From an uncultured bacterium (GTDB taxonomy: Bacteria; Krumholzibacteriota; Krumholzibacteriia; LZORAL124-64-63), in assembly GCA_965363725.1 (NCBI GenBank), contig CBDTUS010000001.1:2460-66459 (forward strand): a DNA stretch of 64,000 bases, written 5' to 3'. Both the position numbers and the translations under genes were made by a program. Shown in pieces: positions 9,699 through 20,418 of this stretch; position 1 is the stretch's first letter; each line of letters opens with the position of its first letter. The notes under the pieces were generated by a model that was given only the letters and a program-made list of their open reading frames with translations, was not told where the DNA came from and searched no databases.

Positions 9699-10745
9699 TT
9701 ATTTCTCCTGACCGTCTTCGATTGGGTCGATTTTTCCGGCGATTTCCGGTTTTTCCAGGCGGCTGACCCGGCGCAGAAGTTCAGGCAGCTTGCGCAAGGC
9801 AGCTACCATGCGAAAGGACTCGACGACATCCACGGCCGGTGTTCCGAAAACCTTTTTCCCCGCCGGAATATCACCGGGGATACCCGACTGGGCACCGATC
9901 TGGACCCCGTCCCCTATTTTCACATGGTCCCCAACGCCCACCTGCCCACCAGCGAATACACCGTCACCCAGGACACTGCTGCCGGCGATACCCGTCTGGG
10001 CGCTCAGGGAACACACTTTGCCGAGGATCACATTGTGCCCTATCTGCACCAGGTTGTCGATCTTGGATCCAGCTCCCACCACGGTGCGGCCGGTCGTGGC
10101 CCGGTCGATACAGGTCCCGGCCCCAAGCTCCACGTCATCCTGGATTTCCACGATCCCCACCTGGGGGATTTTCCGGATTCCCCGAGCCGCCGGCAGGTAG
10201 CCGAATCCATCGCTTCCCAGCACGACCCCCGAGTGGATGATCACCCGGTCACCGATGAGGGAGTTTTCCCGGACCGTCACACCCGCGTAGATACGGCAAT
10301 CGGTGCCGATGGTTACGTCGCAGCCGATGACCACGTGAGGCCCCAGCCTCGACCCGGCCCCGACAACGCTCCCAGGTCCCACCACGCTGTAGGGACCGAT
10401 GGCGACCGCGCCCGAGACATCGGCCTCGGGGTCGATCACACAGGTCGGGTGGATTCCCGGCGGAAAGACCCGATCCGGATCCGGCAGGAACCTCTCCAGG
10501 AACGTGGCGAAGGCTCCGTAGGGGTCAGCGACCCGGATGCCGGGCCGGTCGATCTCTTGGTCAGCCCCCACGAGCACCGCTGAGGCCTTGCACTCCCCCA
10601 GGGCCTTGCCGAACTTCCGGCGGGCCAGGAAAGTCAGATCCCCAGGTCCGGCGTGATCAAGTCCAGCGGCGCCAGTGATCACCGGATCATCCGGACCCAC
10701 CAGCTCCCCGCCAACCAGATCAGCGATTTCACTCAAACGGAGCAT
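9699..10745 (-). CDS. lpxD: UDP-3-O-acylglucosamine N-acyltransferase.
   Basis: It has hexapeptide repeats and an LpxD N-terminal domain. Confidence 0.9.
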   Translation of the reverse strand: MLRLSEIADLVGGELVGPDDPVITGAAGLDHAGPGDLTFLARRKFGKALGECKASAVLVGADQEIDRPGIRVADPYGAFATFLERFLPDPDRVFPPGIHPTCVIDPEADVSGAVAIGPYSVVGPGSVVGAGSRLGPHVVIGCDVTIGTDCRIYAGVTVRENSLIGDRVIIHSGVVLGSDGFGYLPAARGIRKIPQVGIVEIQDDVELGAGTCIDRATTGRTVVGAGSKIDNLVQIGHNVILGKVCSLSAQTGIAGSSVLGDGVFAGGQVGVGDHVKIGDGVQIGAQSGIPGDIPAGKKVFGTPAVDVVESFRMVAALRKLPELLRRVSRLEKPEIAGKIDPIEDGQEK

Positions 10746-10872
10746 TTTCCGGCCTTGACCCGTGTTAAGCAACTGCCCCCCGCCCGGCTGGGCGAGGGGC
10801 TAAGCATTGTTTTTTGAATTGCTTGCATAAATTTCACCACACCCACATCCCCTGTCAACATAAATCAGGGGC

Positions 10873-11433
10873 TCAGTCGTCCCCCCGTGCCAGGGCCGCC
10901 AGGACGTCGTTGGTCAAATCATAGTCCGCATTGATGTAAAGGACGGCCAAAGCAGCCGAATCGACGATCAAACCGTAGTTCTTTTCCGTGCCGATCCTCT
11001 CCACGATCGTCTTGATCTGGTCCAGGATGGGGCTGATCTTGACCTTGTACTCGGCCTCCGCCCGCTGGTCGATACCCTCGCGGAATTCGAAGTAATCGGC
11101 CCTTTTCTTCTCGAATTCCTGGACTTTGGTGGCCAGGGCAGCCTCTCCCAGCAGCATCTTCTGGCTTTCGATCTCCTCGGCCAGCGCGGTCAGTTCCTTT
11201 TCCCGATCCGCCACTTCCAATTCGAGCTCACGCAAGTATTTCTGGTACTGCTCCTGGGCATCCCGCGCGGCCTCGTATTCCTCGGCGATCCGTTGGGAAT
11301 CGACCACGGCCAGGGGAATGTCTTCGGCAAATGCTGCACCGGCCAGTACAGAGACGCCCATTATCCCCAGGATCAGGAATCCCGCCAAACGAGGTAACAT
11401 ATTTCCGTTCTTCATTTTACTCCTCCGTCTCAC
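10873..11433 (-). CDS. skp: OmpH/Skp-family periplasmic chaperone.
   Basis: It has a signal peptide and a coiled-coil, charged OmpH-like body. It lies between bamA and lpxD. An alternative start is at 11415. Confidence 0.75.
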   Translation of the reverse strand: MRRRSKMKNGNMLPRLAGFLILGIMGVSVLAGAAFAEDIPLAVVDSQRIAEEYEAARDAQEQYQKYLRELELEVADREKELTALAEEIESQKMLLGEAALATKVQEFEKKRADYFEFREGIDQRAEAEYKVKISPILDQIKTIVERIGTEKNYGLIVDSAALAVLYINADYDLTNDVLAALARGDD

Positions 11434-11473
11434 ATGACAGCGGTGTGGCCGCTTTTCCCGGGGAGCATCCCCG

Positions 11474-13780
11474 CTAGAAGAAACTGCCGATGGTGAAATG
11501 GGGTTCCCAACGCGGGCCCCCCAACCTGTCGAATCCGTAGGCGTAATCGAAGCCGATGGTCCCCATCATGGGCACTTCGACCCGAATGCCGAAACCGGCG
11601 CCTTTCCTCAAATGGGCCAGGTCGGCCTCGCTGAAGCTGTTCCAGACATCCCCCATATCCAGGAAGGTGAGCACCTGGATGGCCCGGGTCAAGGGGTACA
11701 GGATCTCCGTATTGAAGATGCTGAAAAACCGACCACCGATGAAACTGGGGTTCCCGCGGGGGAAAACTTCCAGATCCCTGTACCCGCGCAGGGGGAACCG
11801 GCGGTTGCCGCCCAGCCGGTAGCGCTCCCAGTCAGGGACCACGTCGGCGTTGTCCAAACCGTGAAGCAGACCGAAAAATCCACGCAGATGCAGGACAAAA
11901 CTCCCGGGTAGCGCCTGGTAGTAGGAGTGGGACAGCATGTGCTCCTGGAATTCGATTTCCCCTCCCAGGGGGCCGCCGGCCAGTTCGAAGCTGTACATGG
12001 ACTTCGAGCCGGAGGTGGGGAAGAAGGGGCTGTCCGTGGAGTTGCGGTTGAAGGTTAACCTGATACTGCTCTTGAGCTGGGGCCAGTCGATCTTGTCCAG
12101 CCGCTGCCAGGGCAGATCACTGGTACCCAGGGACTCCTCCAGATCGTTTAGGAAGGCCGAGTACGAGGGACTGAAATTGGCCAACTTGGTCTGGGATAGC
12201 TCGTAACGAAACCCGACACGGCTGAAGCGAGTCCCGGGGACGCGCCTGCCGAGACGGACGCTGAAGCCCCGAATCCGGCTCTCGTAGAAATCGTCGAAAT
12301 TGTACTGGAAGCGGTCGAAGATATCCGCGCCGATCAAGGTGGGCGTCCCCATGAACCAGGGCTCGGTGAAGCTGATGTCCACGTAGCGCTGACGCGACCC
12401 GAACTGCCAGGTCAGGCCCAGGTTCTGGCCCTTGCCCTGGAAGTTGGTCTCGGCGACCTGGATGAACCCGCTGGCGCTGGTCTCGGCGCTGTAGGCCATG
12501 CCGAACATGAACTGGCCGGTCTGCTTTTCCTTGACCCTGAGGATCATGTCCACGTCGCCGTTGGGCACGGGCCGGATGTCGGGCTGAACGTCCTCGAAGA
12601 ACCCGGTCTGGAAGATGTCCCGCATGGTGGCCTGGATGCGGGTGTTACTGAAAGTGTCGCCGGGGAAAGTCCGCATCTCCCGGATGATCACCTTGTCGTA
12701 GGTCTTGGTGTTGCCGGTGATCTGGATGTCGTGGATCTTGGCCGGCTGCCCCTCGATGAAGGTGAAGGCCACGTTGACGGTCTGATCGACGATGTCCCGC
12801 TGGGGTTCGACGGTGATGTAGATGTAGCCCCGGTCGGCGTACAGCTGCTGGAGTTCGGCCAGGATCTCGAGGTACTGGTCTTCCTTGAAGACGTCCCCAT
12901 TGTGCATCCAGATCCGGTCGGCGATGACCATGTCGTCAAAAACCGTGTTGCCCTGCCAGCTGATGTCGCCGATGAGATAGCGTTCCCCTTCGGCGACGTG
13001 GATCACCAGGTCCAGCTCTTCGCGGTTCTCCCGGAAGTTCATCTCCACGTCAGTGACCGCCGCGTCCAGGAACCCCTGGTTCCGGGCGTAGGTAACGATC
13101 TTGTCCCGGTCCTCCTCGAACTGCTGTTTTTTGAACGTGCCGCTGCGCAGGAATCCCGTGGTCCCCTGGGACATGGCCCCGCGCAGCCCGCCGGGGTCCA
13201 GCTGCTGGTTGCCCACGAACGAGATGGACTTGACCTTGACCTTGCGCCCTTCCTCGATGGTTACCACGAGGTCCTGCATGTTGTTGGCGTCGGTAACGGT
13301 GGAGTCGGTGTGGACCAGGACGTTGTAGAAGCCCTTTTCGTAGTAGACCGCCCGCAGGGGTTTCAACTCGCGCCGGGTCACCGCCGGGTTGGCGAACTGA
13401 CCCACGTGCAGCGGGAAGGCCTCACGCAGGTCCTTCTCCTTGACCTTCCGGTTCCCCTGGAAGGCGATCGACCGTATCCGGGGAAATTCCTGCAGGTTGA
13501 TGATCAGCTTCACCCCTTCCAGGGTGTCCTGCTGGTAAATGAAGACATCGGAAAATTTCTGGGTCGCGAACAGGTCGCGGATGCCCAGGGAGACGGAATC
13601 CAGGGAAAAGTCCTGCCCAACGGCCAGCCCGGACCAGGCCATGACTTGGCGGGACCCGACCGTCAGGGCGCCCACGACCTCGATTTCGCTGATGGTGGGA
13701 GGTCCGGTGGACTGGCCGCGGGCATCCTGACAGATGACCAGGGCCAGCACAGCAAACCAGAGAAGTGCTGGACGTCTCAT
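11474..13780 (-). CDS. bamA: Outer membrane protein assembly factor BamA.
   Basis: It has a signal peptide, POTRA repeats, a C-terminal 16-strand barrel and a terminal aromatic residue (..IGSFF). Confidence 0.9.
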   Translation of the reverse strand: MRRPALLWFAVLALVICQDARGQSTGPPTISEIEVVGALTVGSRQVMAWSGLAVGQDFSLDSVSLGIRDLFATQKFSDVFIYQQDTLEGVKLIINLQEFPRIRSIAFQGNRKVKEKDLREAFPLHVGQFANPAVTRRELKPLRAVYYEKGFYNVLVHTDSTVTDANNMQDLVVTIEEGRKVKVKSISFVGNQQLDPGGLRGAMSQGTTGFLRSGTFKKQQFEEDRDKIVTYARNQGFLDAAVTDVEMNFRENREELDLVIHVAEGERYLIGDISWQGNTVFDDMVIADRIWMHNGDVFKEDQYLEILAELQQLYADRGYIYITVEPQRDIVDQTVNVAFTFIEGQPAKIHDIQITGNTKTYDKVIIREMRTFPGDTFSNTRIQATMRDIFQTGFFEDVQPDIRPVPNGDVDMILRVKEKQTGQFMFGMAYSAETSASGFIQVAETNFQGKGQNLGLTWQFGSRQRYVDISFTEPWFMGTPTLIGADIFDRFQYNFDDFYESRIRGFSVRLGRRVPGTRFSRVGFRYELSQTKLANFSPSYSAFLNDLEESLGTSDLPWQRLDKIDWPQLKSSIRLTFNRNSTDSPFFPTSGSKSMYSFELAGGPLGGEIEFQEHMLSHSYYQALPGSFVLHLRGFFGLLHGLDNADVVPDWERYRLGGNRRFPLRGYRDLEVFPRGNPSFIGGRFFSIFNTEILYPLTRAIQVLTFLDMGDVWNSFSEADLAHLRKGAGFGIRVEVPMMGTIGFDYAYGFDRLGGPRWEPHFTIGSFF

Positions 13781-14045
13781 TATTGGCGTCTCATAACCGG
13801 AAACGGGCTCCCCCGTGAACGTGTCCTAGATGGAAAACCGCGGCATCTTAGCACCGGGGCCTTGGGGTATCAACGCCTAACCAAGGCGTCATCAGGGGTA
13901 GGTAAAAGGTCTGTCGCGCCGAACTGGTCATCCTACCCGCCTCCATGCGGGATGTTCCCGGACAGAAGGTTTCCAACAGCGGCTGCGCCAAAATAGGAAA
14001 ACCGGAGGGATTAGGGAAGTTCCGAATGGAATAAACAAAATATGA

Positions 14046-14080
14046 CAAAAAGGGCCGGAACCAACGGTTCCGGCCCTTTT
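14046..14080 (-). terminator. Rho-independent terminator after clpC.
   Basis: It is a GGGCCGGAACC/GGTTCCGGCCC perfect stem followed on the minus strand by TTTTTGTCATATTTTG. It is potentially bidirectional. Confidence 0.65.
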
Positions 14081-14099
14081 GACGAAATCACCCACAGGG

Positions 14100-16559
<2,460 letters not shown>

Positions 16560-16830
16560 GCGGAGGCGCCTCCATTCGCGTAACCCGGGTTGCTGGAGCA
16601 GATCCTGTCGTGGTCGACATCCCTGATATTCCTGACATCCGGAGCCAGGACGATTGGCCACGCCGGACGGAACCCATTGGGTCAAAATATACTGGAGCCA
16701 GCCTGGGGACGCTAGCGTCGGCTCGGAAACCTGCACCGGGCCGTACCATGACAGGTACGGATCCAGGTATAGTTTTCGCACTTTGGAGCCAAAACTTTAC
16801 CCTGGAATGAGGATCTGGGTCAGGGGCATC

Positions 16831-17889
16831 TCATTCTGGGGCAAACACTTCCCGTAAAAGAGCGGCCCGGGCGGCGGATTTGTCCCGCCCCACCAGGGTC
16901 CGTCCCGCCGCCAATTCGAGATGGGCGGTCTGCTGCTGCATCAGAATCCGGTTCAGCATCCCCGGATCCTGTGGGTCGAGGATCCCCAATCCCGAGCCCA
17001 GTCGGATACTGGAGAGGTGATCGAAGGCCTCCTGGGAAGTGATCAGGCGGGCGTGGCGCACGGCAGCCAGGCTGCGGTGGGCCATGTCTTCGAGGCCGAG
17101 GGAATCCCGGGCGTAGAGCTGGTCGCGAGCCGCCCGTTCGTAGATGATGATCTTGCCCACGTGGACCTGAAAATCCTCGACGATCTCCTGCTCGTCCCGG
17201 CCGAGGGTGATCAGGTTGGAAACCCGGAACAGGGCGCCGCGAACGGTGCTGCCCTCGGCGGACATGCCCCGGACGGAGAACTGGAGCTGCCGCAGGGCGT
17301 TCAGAACCTTGTCGATCTCGCCTGCCAGGACCAGACCCGGCAGATGCAGGAGCGCCGAAACGTGCAGCCCCGTGCCCACGTCAACCGGACTGGCCGTCAG
17401 GAAGCCCAGATCCTCGGCGAAGGCCGGCTCGATTTCCCCCTCCAGGTGGTCGTCGAGTTGCATCACCCGTGACAGCGCCGCGGCGGGATCGAAGCCGGCA
17501 CGATAAGCCACCAGGCGGAGGTGGTCCTTTTCATTGATCATTACAGCACGGTCAAGGTCCGGTCCCAGGACCAGGCCGCGGTGTCGGGGGTCCTTGACCA
17601 GGGCGGGGCTGGCCAGACTCATTTCCTGAAGAGCGGTATGCATGGTGGGCTGAAGCAGGGCCATGTCCAGGGTCCAGCCGCCGGAAAATTCCGGCAGCTG
17701 CGGCAGGCGACGGGCGAGGTCCCCGTGCACCGTCCCCAACTCCACATCCGACGCGTGATGGGGAAAGGGGAAGGCCTTCAGGTTTCGCGCCAGACGAGCC
17801 CGGGTGGACACAACGATGTCCGAAGCGGGACCCAATCCGTCCAACCAAAGGGGTATCCGGGTCCCAAAATCCTCGAAAAAGGGAATCAT
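16831..17889 (-). CDS. mcsB: Protein arginine kinase McsB (phosphagen-kinase family).
   Basis: It contains DIVVSTRARLARN, NEKDHLRLVA, GFLTASPVDVGTGLHVSALLHLPGLV and SNLITLGRDEQEIVED, which match B. subtilis McsB blocks. Confidence 0.85.
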   Translation of the reverse strand: MIPFFEDFGTRIPLWLDGLGPASDIVVSTRARLARNLKAFPFPHHASDVELGTVHGDLARRLPQLPEFSGGWTLDMALLQPTMHTALQEMSLASPALVKDPRHRGLVLGPDLDRAVMINEKDHLRLVAYRAGFDPAAALSRVMQLDDHLEGEIEPAFAEDLGFLTASPVDVGTGLHVSALLHLPGLVLAGEIDKVLNALRQLQFSVRGMSAEGSTVRGALFRVSNLITLGRDEQEIVEDFQVHVGKIIIYERAARDQLYARDSLGLEDMAHRSLAAVRHARLITSQEAFDHLSSIRLGSGLGILDPQDPGMLNRILMQQQTAHLELAAGRTLVGRDKSAARAALLREVFAPE

Positions 17890-18449
17890 GGCTCCCTCTC
17901 CCCTTCAGGGGCCCCACTGGCCGCCAGGCGCTGGATCTCGTCCCGCAGGCGGGCCGCCTTTTCGAAGTCCTCACCGGCGATGGCCTTTTCCAGGGCCACC
18001 CTCGCCCGAGCCAGAGCATTCGATACGCTGGTTTTGCGCGGATCACTGCCGGGGACTTTCCCCAGGTGGGACACATGCCGGTGTAGGTGGCTCAGAATGC
18101 CCATCAGTGGCTGGCGGAAAGCTTCATAGCAGCGTGGGCAGCCAAGGCTGTTGGTTTGGCGGAATTGTTCCAGGGTATAGGCGCAAGACGGGCAGGCCGG
18201 AATTTCCACTTCGGCTGGGTCGTGCTGGGGTTCGAACACCTGGCCCAGAAAAGAGGCCAGCGTGAAGGCGTCTTCCTGACCCTCGCGATCTTCCCGGCCG
18301 TCCCCGAAACCAAACCCCGGATCGCTGCCGGGATCCCGGCCCGGCCGGCCGGCGCATTCGGCACACAACCACTGGCTCGTCCGCTTCCCGTCCACCAGTT
18401 CGACGAGATGAACCGTGGCCTCGTTCTGTCCGCAACTCTGGCAGATCAT
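17886..18449 (-). CDS. mcsA: McsA, the activator of McsB (zinc-finger and UVR-domain protein).
   Basis: It has two CxxC...CxxC pairs and a C-terminal UvrB/C-like helix. Confidence 0.75.
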   Translation of the reverse strand: MICQSCGQNEATVHLVELVDGKRTSQWLCAECAGRPGRDPGSDPGFGFGDGREDREGQEDAFTLASFLGQVFEPQHDPAEVEIPACPSCAYTLEQFRQTNSLGCPRCYEAFRQPLMGILSHLHRHVSHLGKVPGSDPRKTSVSNALARARVALEKAIAGEDFEKAARLRDEIQRLAASGAPEGEREP

Positions 18450-19138
18450 GGTGCGGACTCTTCGGCGGGAACCAGGCGACCATCCTGCAAGCGCAGGGTC
18501 CGGTCCGCCCGGGCGGCCAGCCGGGGATCATGGGTGACGATGACCAGGGCCGTGTCTTCCTTGTCTCGCAGGGCGAAAAGCATGTCCCCCAGGCGGGCCC
18601 CGATTTCCCGGTCCAGGTTACCAAACGGTTCGTCGGCCAGGACGATGCCGGGGCGGTTCATGAAGGCCCGCGCCACCGCCACCCGCTGCTGTTCCCCTCC
18701 CGAAAGCTCCCCCGGGAGATGCTCCGCACGGTCGGCCAGTCCCATGAGGTCCAGAAAACCCAGGGCCCGATCCTGATCCTTGGAACGCACACGCCCACGG
18801 CCCCGCACGGGTATGAGGAGATTCTCCAGGGCGGTGAAATCCGGCAGCAGGAAATGGAACTGGAAGACGAAGCCCACGCCGGTGGAACGCCACCGGGCCA
18901 TCGCCCCATGGTGGCCCAGATCCAGACATTCGCCCCGGTAGAGGACCTCCCCGCCGGACGGTCCGTCGAGTCCCCCGAGGATGTTCAGCAGGGTGCTCTT
19001 GCCCGACCCGCTGGGGCCGGTCACGGCGACCGCCTCGCGCTCGGCCAGCTGGAACTGGCAGTCCCGCAGGACATCGACCGTACCGGCGGCCCGGGGAAAA
19101 CTCTTGTCCAGGTTTTTGGCTTCCAGCAGCATGGACAT
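18446..19138 (-). CDS. lolD: Lipoprotein-releasing system ATP-binding protein LolD.
   Basis: It has the ABC Walker A motif GPSGSGKST, the LSGGEQQRVAVARA signature and Walker B. Its stop overlaps the mcsA ATG as ATGA. Confidence 0.8.
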   Translation of the reverse strand: MSMLLEAKNLDKSFPRAAGTVDVLRDCQFQLAEREAVAVTGPSGSGKSTLLNILGGLDGPSGGEVLYRGECLDLGHHGAMARWRSTGVGFVFQFHFLLPDFTALENLLIPVRGRGRVRSKDQDRALGFLDLMGLADRAEHLPGELSGGEQQRVAVARAFMNRPGIVLADEPFGNLDREIGARLGDMLFALRDKEDTALVIVTHDPRLAARADRTLRLQDGRLVPAEESAP

Positions 19139-19173
19139 TTCGTTGGAGCCTTTCCCCGCTTGCGCGGCGGCAC

Positions 19174-20418
19174 TTACGTATACCGGATGATTTCCATGGG
19201 CTTCAGGTTCGAAGCCTCCCAGCTGGGCCACAACCCGGCCAGCAGGGCCATCACCAGACTGATGCCCGCCACCAGGAAAAAGTCTCCCCACTGCAGCAGG
19301 ACCGGGACGGTCTCCACGAAATAAACGTCCCCCGGCAGGGTGATCCCGAAACGGTGCAAGGCCCAGATGGCGGCCAGCCCCACCACGCTGCCGAAAAAGA
19401 CCCCCACGACCCCGAGCCACACCCCGTTGATCAGGAAGATGCCCATGATCTGTTTCCGCTTGGCGCCCATGGCCAGCAGGATGCCGATCTCCCGCCGTCG
19501 TTCTCCGACCATCATGGTCAGGATGCCGATGATGTTGAACCCGGCGATCAGGATGATCATCCCCAGCAGCAGGATCATGATGATCTTCTCCAGCTTGATC
19601 CACTGGAAAAGATTGGCGTTCATGGCCATCCAGTCGGTCGCGAAGTATTGGAAACCAAGGTCGTCCTCCAGGCGGTCGGCCACCTGGTCGGCCACCATCA
19701 AATCGGCCACCTTGACCCCGATCATCGAAGCCCCACCGGAATGATACCCGAAAAATTCCCGGGCGACCGGGATGTCCACATAGACAAAACGGTTGTCGAA
19801 TTCGAACATCCCGGTTTCGAAGAACCCCACCACCACGAACTGGCGGCTTTCGGGTTGGATCATGTCCAGATCGACCTCGCCGTTGACGGTGGTCAGAACC
19901 ACCGTGTCACCGGCGGCGGCGTAGAGACTGTTGGCCAGCCCGGAGCCGAGGATGACCCGCGGGATCCCGGTGGTTTTCAATTCATCGAGAACCGAGGGAT
20001 CGGGCAGCAGGTGTTCGCTGATCGGCAGGACCGTCCCCACCAGGTCGGTTTCGATTCCCCAGGCCACGATATCCTTGATCCGGGGCGGCCCGAACTTGCG
20101 TGTGGCCGTAGCCAGCCCCACCTGTCGGATGAAAGGCGCCACCCCGATGACCTCGGGATCCTCCCCGATGGTATCCATGACCTTTCCCAGATGGGTGAAA
20201 CCCTCCGGCGCCGATGTGATGATCGAGATCATCGGCATGTTCTCGACGAAGGTCCGGCGCATCTCGTGGTGGAACCCGTTCATCACCGCCAGGGTGATGT
20301 TCAGGACGGCCACGCCGATGGCGATGCCGACGATCGCGGTCACCGAGCCGCGGCTCAGGAAGCGGCTGTGGCGACGGCTGCGCAGGTACCGCTGGGCAAT
20401 GTATCCGGCGAATTCCAT
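19174..20418 (-). CDS. LolC/LolE-family lipoprotein-releasing system permease.
   Basis: It has an FtsX-like four-transmembrane topology with a large periplasmic loop, and a typical MEFAGYIAQRYL start. Confidence 0.8.
   Translation of the reverse strand: MEFAGYIAQRYLRSRRHSRFLSRGSVTAIVGIAIGVAVLNITLAVMNGFHHEMRRTFVENMPMISIITSAPEGFTHLGKVMDTIGEDPEVIGVAPFIRQVGLATATRKFGPPRIKDIVAWGIETDLVGTVLPISEHLLPDPSVLDELKTTGIPRVILGSGLANSLYAAAGDTVVLTTVNGEVDLDMIQPESRQFVVVGFFETGMFEFDNRFVYVDIPVAREFFGYHSGGASMIGVKVADLMVADQVADRLEDDLGFQYFATDWMAMNANLFQWIKLEKIIMILLLGMIILIAGFNIIGILTMMVGERRREIGILLAMGAKRKQIMGIFLINGVWLGVVGVFFGSVVGLAAIWALHRFGITLPGDVYFVETVPVLLQWGDFFLVAGISLVMALLAGLWPSWEASNLKPMEIIRYT

Noticed and set aside
10775-10815. 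A GC-rich hairpin followed by TTTTTT on the plus strand could be a terminator.
   Set aside because: No plus-strand gene ends here. On the minus strand, which is relevant for skp, the hairpin is not followed by a T-tract.
13781-14045. A tRNA or tmRNA might be hidden in the long bamA-clpC spacer.
   Set aside because: There is no cloverleaf-compatible set of stems, no GTTCRANYC T-loop, and no CCA-adjacent acceptor pairing.
16679-16695. A GGTCAAA heptad upstream of clpC could be a CtsR operator.
   Set aside because: Only one heptad is present. The expected second direct repeat three nucleotides downstream reads TACTGGA. No ctsR gene is in the window.
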